Shown here: positions 20,098-27,969 of the stretch, in pieces | Numbering within the stretch: position 1 is the stretch's first letter | How the letters are laid out: each line of letters starts with the position of its first letter | Assembly: GCA_029561255.1 (NCBI GenBank) | Contig: JAKQJH010000044.1 | Location: 7,020 to 71,019 of the forward strand | DNA from: Bacteroidota bacterium | GTDB taxonomy: Bacteria; Bacteroidota; Bacteroidia; Chitinophagales; Chitinophagaceae | Direction: 5' to 3' | DNA length: 64,000 nt | Notes under the pieces: model-generated | The model's input: only the letters and a program-made list of their open reading frames with translations | What the model was told of the DNA's origin: nothing | Databases searched by the model: none | Made by a program: the position numbers and the translations under genes

Positions 20098-21155
20098 TTA
20101 TTGAATGGTTTTATCACCCCCGGTATTTCGTATATCAACCCTTCCCCCCAAACCCCCGCCGGTGTTCCATAACCCGTTTTAAAATCTCCGTTGAGTACTT
20201 TACGGGTAATAATCAGAGAAGCATGAACGGTTATCGTATAGCCTTCCGGACCCGTCAACCGGGCGGTTATTTTTTCCCCGGCTGCGTTGGTCGCTTCTCC
20301 CCACACATAGCCGATGGCTTTAGCACGCTGCGTATCGGTGGGGCCTGCCGGAAGACGGTTAATCTTCGCTTTAAGCGCTTTCCGGATAAAATCAGTGCGT
20401 AAAGCCCAATTGAAGAGTCCCTGCAATTTTAAAAAGTAATATACCTTACGGGAGATACCGGTATAGCATTCAATATCCGGTATACCGGTGGTGAAATGTG
20501 CCGTGGAGATATCACCCCAGGGAATACTCATAACGAAGAGTTTCTTTGGGCCGAAGTCTACCCACATCCCCCGTTGGCCGAGTGGTTCATGTACGATCTT
20601 TCCGTTTCTGCGGGCGGCTCCGCCTTCCCCTAGTTTATTAGCCATGGTAGTTGCCGTGCCATGAGAGAGGGCACCCCCCAGGGTGGCAAAAGCAAGTTTA
20701 AGTGAAACCGCATCGGGCATCTTGTTTTTTAAGTGCATAGCCAGGCAATCCGTGGGTACCACATCAAAACCAGCGCCGGGTAATAAAAGGATGCCGGCTT
20801 TTTTTGCCGCATCATCAAACCGTTTTATCAACTCAAAAATGGAAATATCTCCATTGATATCGAGATAATGCGTGCCGGTCTGCAGACAGGCTTCCACGAT
20901 TTGCCGGGCCGTTTGATCAAAGGGGCCAGCGGCATTCATGACCACTTTTACTTCTTTCAATGCGGTTAATAAAGCGGTTGTGTCATTGACATCAAAGATG
21001 CGGAAAGGCAATCCGTATTTTGCCGCCAATGGTTCAATGGCTTCCTTTCTTCGCCCTGCCAGAATGGGGTGCAGGTTATACTGGCTGGCATAACGGGCAA
21101 TCAGTTCCCCGCTATAACCATTGGCTCCATAGAGGAGGAAGGTAGTGGTAAGCAT
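20094..21155 (-). CDS. Saccharopine dehydrogenase / trans-acting enoyl reductase family protein
   Basis: LYGANGYSG, NAAGPF, HYLDINGD, GAGFDVVPTD, SHGTATT. Confidence 0.88.
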   Translation of the reverse strand: MLTTTFLLYGANGYSGELIARYASQYNLHPILAGRRKEAIEPLAAKYGLPFRIFDVNDTTALLTALKEVKVVMNAAGPFDQTARQIVEACLQTGTHYLDINGDISIFELIKRFDDAAKKAGILLLPGAGFDVVPTDCLAMHLKNKMPDAVSLKLAFATLGGALSHGTATTMANKLGEGGAARRNGKIVHEPLGQRGMWVDFGPKKLFVMSIPWGDISTAHFTTGIPDIECYTGISRKVYYFLKLQGLFNWALRTDFIRKALKAKINRLPAGPTDTQRAKAIGYVWGEATNAAGEKITARLTGPEGYTITVHASLIITRKVLNGDFKTGYGTPAGVWGEGLIYEIPGVIKPFNN

Positions 21156-21243
21156 TAAGGAAATGTACGGAAAAACAGGCAGATGGCAGCAGGCTGTAGG
21201 CAAGAAAGCAGATCATTTTGATCAGCTTGTCATCTAGAACTGT

Positions 21244-21283
21244 ATCTGCGAAAATCTGCGTACAAGATCTGCGTTGATCTGCG
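21244..21283. repeat. ATCTGCG repeat tract (4 copies)
   Basis: ATCTGCG at 21244, 21254, 21267 and 21277. Confidence 0.75.
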
Positions 21284-21289
21284 GGAAAA

Positions 21290-22519
21290 TTAATCGGCGA
21301 TCTTCCGGTCTCCACCAAATCCGGCAATCAGGTTGATCATGGCTACGAGGTTTCCTCCTTTACTGATCGTACCATCGAAGTCACGGCCAAAAGCAAATGT
21401 CAGCTTGCGGTTGCTGCCCAGATCATATTCAGCGTTCATCACAAACCGCCAGGAAGGATCCACGGTGGAGCTCCCGAGGATACTGCGATAAAGCGCTTCG
21501 GCACTCAGCACAAATTTTTCCCTGGATACATCCAGCAAAAAACGTCCGCCCATATCGAAGGTGGAGAGCTTACCACCTTTCAGCAGACCCGATGGAGCGG
21601 CAAATAGCGTGGTGGGATTATAGAGATAGCGGAGAATGAACAATGAACTGATGCCTTTATTCCCGTTTTCGTTTCCCCCGGTCAGCCACATACCGGCCCG
21701 GTAAACATTGGAGTTGTTGAAACGGTTATCCGGAAAATCCAGTGCCATGCCTCCCGAAAAATCAAGAAAGAAGCCGGACCGTTCTGTTTTAAAGACAGTG
21801 GCGGCTTTCCGGGCAGCGGCAAAAGCGGCTCCATCCGGCAATACATCATCGTATTCTTCTCCGATCAGTTCTTCCATTTCACGGATATCCCGGATGAGCT
21901 GATTAAATTCTTTTAGCTGCACTTCATTCAATGAATCTTTCATTTCCAGCAATTGCAGGCGTTGTTTTTTCTCTTTCAACAAAGAATACTGTGGATGTTT
22001 TTCTTCATAAGCCCTGCGTTCGGCAATCAGCTGAACCTGTGCCTGCCTTAATACGGTGTATTTATTCCGGGTATCGGCGGTCCAGTGGGGTCGTATAAGG
22101 GAGAATTTAATACCCAGTCCCAGTTTGGTGGTTTTTAATGAATCCACGTCTTCCTTTCCCTTAGGTCCGATATGCGTATAGCCGGCTGAAAACTGAAAGG
22201 ATTGTTTAAACGTATGCTGATTATTATCAAACTGATTCAGGCTGTATTTTTTTCTTCCCATTAAAAACGGAGCGATCTGAAAAGCATAGCTCTCGGGGAT
22301 AGACGTGAAATTATTGGTGGCATTCTGAATGGACAAAGCAAAAGCAGTCAGGTCCGCAGGACGTTCTATATCGCTCTGCGCTATTCCCAGGATATTAAAT
22401 GCGGGAGAGGCCGGCGATTTGAGCAGATCCAGCCGGATGGTGGTATCCACGGTTACCTGCCCAATAGCCGGAAGGCAATAAAAAGATAATCCAATGAAAA
22501 ATACCTGAATGATTTTCAT
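21290..22519 (-). CDS. Hypothetical exported protein, probable beta-barrel with a helical insertion
   Basis: Signal peptide; SPASPAFNILG; amphipathic strands ending LTFAFGRDF..INLIAGFG; central charged helix. Confidence 0.7.
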   Translation of the reverse strand: MKIIQVFFIGLSFYCLPAIGQVTVDTTIRLDLLKSPASPAFNILGIAQSDIERPADLTAFALSIQNATNNFTSIPESYAFQIAPFLMGRKKYSLNQFDNNQHTFKQSFQFSAGYTHIGPKGKEDVDSLKTTKLGLGIKFSLIRPHWTADTRNKYTVLRQAQVQLIAERRAYEEKHPQYSLLKEKKQRLQLLEMKDSLNEVQLKEFNQLIRDIREMEELIGEEYDDVLPDGAAFAAARKAATVFKTERSGFFLDFSGGMALDFPDNRFNNSNVYRAGMWLTGGNENGNKGISSLFILRYLYNPTTLFAAPSGLLKGGKLSTFDMGGRFLLDVSREKFVLSAEALYRSILGSSTVDPSWRFVMNAEYDLGSNRKLTFAFGRDFDGTISKGGNLVAMINLIAGFGGDRKIAD

Positions 22520-22524
22520 AAGAA

Positions 22525-22929
22525 TTAATGAATCGTGAAGAAAATACTGATTTTATACAAGACGGAAGCGCCCTGGGTGGTGACGGTCTTCTCGGCATAG
22601 TATTTATAGGGACTCACGCCGCCGCGTATGCGAAAATCAAAACTGGTTTTATCCGGCTGACCCGGCAGATCCGTTACCGCGGTATACAATTCCAGGTATT
22701 TGCCCCGGAGCGACTGGTTGCTGCCGATGGTCAGCCAGTCCAGCGGGCCGGCATGATTTTTTAAAATGGCTTTATCTTCCAGCCATGCTTCGGTTACCGA
22801 TGATTGTCCGGTATCGCCGGGAATCACCTTTACCTGTATGTCTTTGTCGGAATTATTTATTTTATAAGGGTCAAAATGGGAAGAGCGGCTCTGCTCAAAT
22901 GCCGCTTTCACGCTGGTTTTTTTGCTCAT
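22525..22929 (-). CDS. Hypothetical small beta-rich protein without a signal peptide
   Basis: 134-aa ORF ending 5 bp before the next gene; alternating-strand pattern. Confidence 0.7.
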   Translation of the reverse strand: MSKKTSVKAAFEQSRSSHFDPYKINNSDKDIQVKVIPGDTGQSSVTEAWLEDKAILKNHAGPLDWLTIGSNQSLRGKYLELYTAVTDLPGQPDKTSFDFRIRGGVSPYKYYAEKTVTTQGASVLYKISIFFTIH

Positions 22930-23042
22930 AGAGGAGAGGTTTAATGATAAAACAATATACTTATTTTCCAGTAATCTATCAACAGCTGCGATCGGGCTGG
23001 TGACATTTTTATTGCTTAGCTTTAGTAGTATAAAGTTATTGT

Positions 23043-23891
23043 ATGAAAAATACGCTTCTTTTCTGCCTGGTCTTTTCCCTGATGTCCTTATCGGCTCAGC
23101 AAAGTAAGGACACGAAAATTCCGATCCTCATCCGTTGTGATGATATAGGCATGAGTCATGCTGTAAACCTGGCGGCGAAGAAAGTACTGGAAACAGGCAT
23201 ACCGGTCTCCATGTCCGTAATGGTTCCCTGTTCCTGGTTCAGTGAGGCTGTGGACATGTTGAAAGGTTATCCTAATGTGTCAGTAGGGATTCACCTTACG
23301 TTGAATGCAGAGTGGAAACAATATCGCTGGGGACCGGTGGCCGGTGTGAAGCAGGTGCCTTCACTGGTGGATTCACTCGGGCATTTCTTTCCTTCCCGTT
23401 CTAAGCTGTTTGCCAATAATCCTCAGTTAAGTGAAATTGAAACTGAGCTAAGGGCCCAGATTGATAAAGCCCTGAAAGCCGGATTAAAAATTGATTATCT
23501 CGATTACCATATGGGAGCTGCGATGCAAACTCCTGAAACGCGGAAGATTGTGGAGAAGTTGGCCGCAGAATATAAAGTCGGCATATCCAGATACTACGAT
23601 GAAGTGGATGTGGATGGAGGTTATTCAGCACCGGTGGGTTCAAAGCTGGATACCCTGAGCAGTAAACTCAGTGCATTGCAACCAGGAGGGACAAAATTGT
23701 TTGTCTTTCATGTAGGCATTGACGATGCTGAACTTTCGGCTATGGAAGACCTGAATATTTTCGGGCCAAAGGAGATGAGTAAGCACCGGCAGGCGGAACT
23801 GGATGCGCTGTTGTCGCCCTCATTCCAGGCCTTGCTTCATCAGGAGAAATTTCGGTTGGTGAATTACAGGAACTTGAAAGAGGGCCACTGA
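23043..23891 (+). CDS. ChbG/YdjC family carbohydrate deacetylase, exported
   Basis: RCDDIGMSHAVN, VGIHLTLNAEW, LDYHMG. Confidence 0.9.
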   Translation: MKNTLLFCLVFSLMSLSAQQSKDTKIPILIRCDDIGMSHAVNLAAKKVLETGIPVSMSVMVPCSWFSEAVDMLKGYPNVSVGIHLTLNAEWKQYRWGPVAGVKQVPSLVDSLGHFFPSRSKLFANNPQLSEIETELRAQIDKALKAGLKIDYLDYHMGAAMQTPETRKIVEKLAAEYKVGISRYYDEVDVDGGYSAPVGSKLDTLSSKLSALQPGGTKLFVFHVGIDDAELSAMEDLNIFGPKEMSKHRQAELDALLSPSFQALLHQEKFRLVNYRNLKEGH

Positions 23892-23917
23892 TGTATTCCC
23901 GCTTCGCGGTAATTTTA

Positions 23918-24210
23918 GCCACGGACCTGCCTTCCGGCAGGCAGGTCACACAGATTCACACGGATAAGGTGGCCACGAAAGCACACGAATAGTCACGAAA
24001 TAAATACAACATTGTATTCATTCGTGCTTTTTTGTGTGCTTTCGTGGCTAATCTCTTTTTGCCGAAGGCAAAAAATCCGTGTGAATCTGTGTGATCCGTG
24101 GCCTGTATTCATTCGTGTTCTTTTGTGTATTTCGTGGCCTGCCTTTCTGTATTCATTCTTGTCTTTCGTAGCCACCCTATTTGCCGCAGGCAAATACTGC
24201 CGAAGGCAAC
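23918..24210. repeat. Nested inverted-repeat element (A-B-B'-A') with extra B' copies and TGCCG(A/C)AGGCA hairpins
   Basis: A at 23918-23965 (with 20-bp insert) and A' at 24075-24102 are exact reverse complements once the insert is removed; B GCCACGAAAGCACAC pairs with B' GTGTGCTTTCGTGGC. Confidence 0.85.
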
Positions 24211-24214
24211 CAAG

Positions 24215-24239
24215 AAAAAACCCCGCCGGGAGGCGGGGC
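24215..24239 (-). terminator. Rho-independent terminator with no upstream minus-strand CDS
   Basis: Minus strand GCCCCGCC-TCCC-GGCGGGG-TTTTTT. Confidence 0.8.
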
Positions 24240-24450
24240 ATAAAGTTTAGGGGACACAGAACTTTTGGTTTTCATAGATCCGGAAAAAACGGACACGGAC
24301 ATTGGACTTAACTGGTTTTCATTGGATAAAACTGGACATTGGATCTGGACGGTTTTTTCATGGGATGGACTTGTTGGATTTTTCTTTGGATTTGGATTCT
24401 TTCTTGGTTTTTCTTTGGATTTGGATTCACATCCTTTGTTCTTAATTGCA
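24215..24450 (-). ncRNA. Candidate repetitive small RNA (UCCA and GAAAACC motifs)
   Basis: Orphan terminator at the 3' end, promoter-like TTTG-N19-TAGCTTCA at the 5' end, about 11 TGGA motifs on the + strand, no convincing CDS. Confidence 0.45.
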
Positions 24451-24665
24451 CCATGAAGCTACGTCTGCGAATGGCCCAAACAAAATATTATGGTATCTAA
24501 GTTTGCAAATTCGGTGATCAACATTAGCTACGCTAAAAGGTTACACTTACTTTGCTTATCAGTGACTTACGTAGTCGTAAATCCACACGTAAATCAACTT
24601 CGTAGGATCACTTATGCCATGTAGAATGGCAACTACAAATTTTCTTTTTTATCTTCAATCCCATC

Positions 24666-25046
24666 ATGTGGTACTCGTTCCTCAATGTTTTTTTCTTTGT
24701 TTTTCACACGGCTTTTACCTTGTTTAATATTACCGGGTGGGCCTTTCGTATCACCCGCCGCTGGCATTTGTATACCATGCTGCTTACCGCTGCATCCTGG
24801 TTTATATTAGGTATCTGGTATGGTTGGGGGTATTGCGTATGTACCGACTGGCATTGGAAAGTAAGAGCCGCTATGGGTATACATGATCAGTCCAGGTCTT
24901 ATATTCATTTCCTGATTCTGAAAATAACCGGATATAACCTGAATACCGATTTAGTGGAACAAGCTACATTGTATATCTTCTTGTTATGCTTTATCCTTAC
25001 AGTTTGGCTTAATTTCAAGGATAAAAGAAAAAAGTTGAAAGTATGA
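24666..25046 (+). CDS. DUF2784 family membrane protein
   Basis: FHTAFTLFNITGW..SWFILGIWYGWGYCVCTDWHW. Confidence 0.8.
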   Translation: MWYSFLNVFFFVFHTAFTLFNITGWAFRITRRWHLYTMLLTAASWFILGIWYGWGYCVCTDWHWKVRAAMGIHDQSRSYIHFLILKITGYNLNTDLVEQATLYIFLLCFILTVWLNFKDKRKKLKV

Positions 25047-25073
25047 AATGTATTGACTACGAACTCCCGACTT

Positions 25074-25101
25074 GTCGTCCGTAGCTTTAGCGAAGGACGA
25101 C
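25074..25101. repeat. REP-like hairpin GTCGTCCGTAGCTTTAGCGAAGGACGAC
   Basis: Same core as the 14351-14402 and 17069-17114 copies; lies between convergent genes. Confidence 0.8.
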
Positions 25102-25829
25102 TAATCTCCTCCGCCACATCCACCACTGCATCCTCCTCCATCTCCGCCACTATCACTACCACCATCGCTGCTGCTGTCGCTGCCGAAATCTCCACTGGCG
25201 CCACCGCCACCGAAGTCGCCCTCACCAAAGCCTGTAAACTCCGGATAAATCGAAGCCGGTTCAGCCTCAAAATGATTATATAGTGGAGTGCTGTCATAAA
25301 TGCCTCCTTCTCCTGCATATTCTTTTTTCTTTGACGCATACCCGTTCTTTTTTACCTGCTCCTGGTCAAACTTGGTGTCGCCCCAGATATCTACAGGAGG
25401 GTCGAGATCAAATTCTTTTTTATACAGGGCGATTGTATCCAGGTACTGGGCGCTGAACCGGCCAGTCTGGTCTTCCATCGGCACCAGTTCAGGAAAGTGA
25501 TCAAAAGGTTGTTGAATTACCTGCTCACAAAACTCCCGGTAGGCCTTGCTGAAAAGAATATGTTCATGCCAGATTACATCAATAATTTTAGAAGGAGTTA
25601 CATGGAAATCACTTATAAGACCTAGGAAAATGAATTTCTTATACTCATTCAGGGCCCTTAATGCAAAACTGGTTTTCCATCCGTGTTTCCGGGCGATCTT
25701 ATGGGCAAACGCATGATAGGAAGGATTGGCATTACCAAATTTTGCCGCTATACGCTCAAACAAGCCGGGTTGCACCACGTGGTCAAAGTAATAGGTCCGT
25801 AGCTGCAGCCATAGTTCTTTTTTATCCAT
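25101..25829 (-). CDS. Glycine-rich-domain (GRDP/DUF1399-like) protein with an acidic Gly/Ser/Cys tail
   Basis: ALNEYKKFIFL..TPSKIIDVIWHEHIL..Y..FC..H.P..Y..T...Y...F; tail GGGCSGGCGGGD. Confidence 0.8.
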   Translation of the reverse strand: MDKKELWLQLRTYYFDHVVQPGLFERIAAKFGNANPSYHAFAHKIARKHGWKTSFALRALNEYKKFIFLGLISDFHVTPSKIIDVIWHEHILFSKAYREFCEQVIQQPFDHFPELVPMEDQTGRFSAQYLDTIALYKKEFDLDPPVDIWGDTKFDQEQVKKNGYASKKKEYAGEGGIYDSTPLYNHFEAEPASIYPEFTGFGEGDFGGGGASGDFGSDSSSDGGSDSGGDGGGCSGGCGGGD

Positions 25830-26011
25830 ACATATAAGTTGTCTTTAAAATTAAGGAGGGATTCTGTACCAGCATTGGATCCCGGATTAATTCTTTTTTA
25901 CTTTTTAAAACCGGCCATATTGGTGATTTCCACGTTGCCAAATGAGCATTATCAGCCCGGCAACCAACAAAAGTCATAAGCATACAGCCAGGTCTTTTTA
26001 TCCTTTGCAGG

Positions 26012-26548
26012 ATGAAAAAGTTCTTCGCCCCCACCCTTGTTTTCATTGCCATTTGCCTGGGTGATACAGGCAGCCTGTCTGCCCAGCAAAAAATCAGTTT
26101 TGACCTGGCTGTTATCCGCCAGACTTTTCATAAAGTAAACGGACTCAACCTCAGTACTTTTTACCATTTCAATGAGAAGCTGGCTGCCGGGGTGGAGATG
26201 AACCGTTTTTTCCCGGTCGTCCATAAAGAGGCTGAACTTTCTGCCTGGGATTTTGACTTCAATGCCCATTACCTGATGAACCTGCATCACCATTTCTATT
26301 TCTACCCCATCGCCGGTTTCAGCCATACTTTTTCCAAAGAAGTATCCATGGAGCCAATGGGTGAGGCACTCAATGACCGTTTTTGGTCGCTGAATGCTGG
26401 TGCCGGTGTGGTCTGGCAAAAAGGAAAATGGGGGTTACATACAGAGTTTCTTTATACCTGGGGACACTTCAACCAGGAGTTTGTACTGGCCGGACTCAAT
26501 TATGAAATTGAACTGGGCCGTCACCACAAACAACATAAGGAACATTAA
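26012..26548 (+). CDS. Small outer-membrane beta-barrel protein
   Basis: Signal peptide; DFNAHY, FYPIAG, LNAGAG strands. Confidence 0.75.
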   Translation: MKKFFAPTLVFIAICLGDTGSLSAQQKISFDLAVIRQTFHKVNGLNLSTFYHFNEKLAAGVEMNRFFPVVHKEAELSAWDFDFNAHYLMNLHHHFYFYPIAGFSHTFSKEVSMEPMGEALNDRFWSLNAGAGVVWQKGKWGLHTEFLYTWGHFNQEFVLAGLNYEIELGRHHKQHKEH

Positions 26549-26644
26549 TTTTCTGCACTATTTTTTAAGCCGGTATTCCGCCGATTTCTTTTTCGGGAAT
26601 ATTAGTATTATTTTCATTGGATAAACCTCCTGTAAAATTATACT

Positions 26645-27307
26645 ATGGCACAGCAACCAACCGGTACTCCTCCCGGATCCCGAAAACCCAACGATCAGAT
26701 TATCTCTTATTACACCCTGCGGATACTTATCGGGGCCACTGGTATACTGCTTCCCTTCCTGGTGGTGCTGGGTAAGTGGATTTCAAATGGCACACCAGCC
26801 CTTGAATTTTCGATCAGCGATTACTATGATAATGGCGCCGGGGGTGATATCCTGGTCGGTGTACTTTTTGTATTGGGGTTTTTCCTGCTTTCGTATAAGG
26901 GACCAGAGAAGATCGATAACCGTGCGGCCGATGTAGGTTGTGTGGCCGCCCTGGGGGTCGCTTTGTTTCCAACTACCTATTGTGGGGATTGCTGGGTACA
27001 CTATCTCCACTTTGTATTTGCCCTGACCCTTTTTTCAGTCTTTATCTTTTTTTCCCTGGTGCTATTTCGTAAAACGGATCCCAAAAAGCAGATGTCCCCT
27101 GAGAAAAAGAACCGGAATAAGATCTACCTGGTCTGTGGCATCATTATGATCGTCTGCATCCTGGCCATCGCTTTCAGTCTGCTGGTATTGAAACAAGCTA
27201 TCAGTGAAAAATACAGCCTGGTGTATTGGTTCGAATCTATCGCGCTGGCCTCCTTCGGTTTCTCCTGGATTACTAAATCAGAAACCCTTTTTCTCAGGGA
27301 TCATTAA
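26645..27307 (+). CDS. DUF998-like multi-TM membrane protein
   Basis: LRILIG..LLP..SISDYY..LSYKG..ALFPT..LH..FA..ESIALASFGFSWITK. Confidence 0.7.
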   Translation: MAQQPTGTPPGSRKPNDQIISYYTLRILIGATGILLPFLVVLGKWISNGTPALEFSISDYYDNGAGGDILVGVLFVLGFFLLSYKGPEKIDNRAADVGCVAALGVALFPTTYCGDCWVHYLHFVFALTLFSVFIFFSLVLFRKTDPKKQMSPEKKNRNKIYLVCGIIMIVCILAIAFSLLVLKQAISEKYSLVYWFESIALASFGFSWITKSETLFLRDH

Positions 27308-27315
27308 TCCAGAAC

Positions 27316-27969
27316 TTACCAGACCCAGACCGGTGCTTCCGTATTTTCAGCATAGACCAGCAAGTCAAATACTGCATGAACCAGTATGGGCGGCCAGATA
27401 CTGTTTGAAAAATAACGGAGCAGCCCAATTAACAGGAAAGCGCCAAAGGACCAGGAGAAGAACAACCAGACCGGGGTGATACCAGATGTGGCGGGCGCCA
27501 GGAAAAGGCAGGCTTTATATCCGGCATGAATCAGGGCGGCCCCGATAATGGCAACTGCAGGGTGAATCGATTGCAGACGGCCCTGGATATAACCCCGGAA
27601 AACCAGCTCTTCCATCACCCCGATACAAACCGCTATCAAAACAAACCCATGAAACCAGGCCGGTAAAAGCGGCATCGAATACATACCCCGGTAGTATAAG
27701 GCGCCGGCAATTCCCATCAACAGGCCTGTAATACAGTATAAAACCTTGACCGGACCGAGGCGGAACAAACCGGACCTGAGCAAGGCGGTATTGAAAAGCC
27801 GGGGGCCAATAATCAGACCGGCACAGGTAAGTGGAAGGAAAGAAAACCACTTCACCGGCACAGGCCAACTGACCAGCCAGGCAAATAATAAAATACACAA
27901 ACTGACCAGGAACACTTCCCGGAGTATCCCGTAATGATTGACAGGTATTTTTTTAGCCGGTAGTTTCAT
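27316..27969 (-). CDS. CPBP family intramembrane glutamic protease (CAAX type II)
   Basis: MEELVFRGYIQ (EExxxR), ALIHAGY, PPILVHAVFD (HxxxD); start MKLPAKK at 27969 overlaps the upstream gene by 17 bp. Confidence 0.9.
   Translation of the reverse strand: MKLPAKKIPVNHYGILREVFLVSLCILLFAWLVSWPVPVKWFSFLPLTCAGLIIGPRLFNTALLRSGLFRLGPVKVLYCITGLLMGIAGALYYRGMYSMPLLPAWFHGFVLIAVCIGVMEELVFRGYIQGRLQSIHPAVAIIGAALIHAGYKACLFLAPATSGITPVWLFFSWSFGAFLLIGLLRYFSNSIWPPILVHAVFDLLVYAENTEAPVWVW

Noticed and set aside
23918-24210. Possible CRISPR array (also 33640-34010)
   Set aside because: The repeats are inverted and nested with irregular spacing, there are no uniform unique spacers, and no cas genes are in the window.
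24308-24454. 48-codon minus-strand ORF and 63-aa plus-strand ORF in the sRNA candidate
   Set aside because: The minus-strand ATG overlaps the putative promoter box and both translations are low-complexity; not fully excluded without ribosome profiling.
27316-27969. CPBP ('Abi') gene as an abortive-infection defence gene
   Set aside because: The Abi label for this family is historical; the context points to protein processing.
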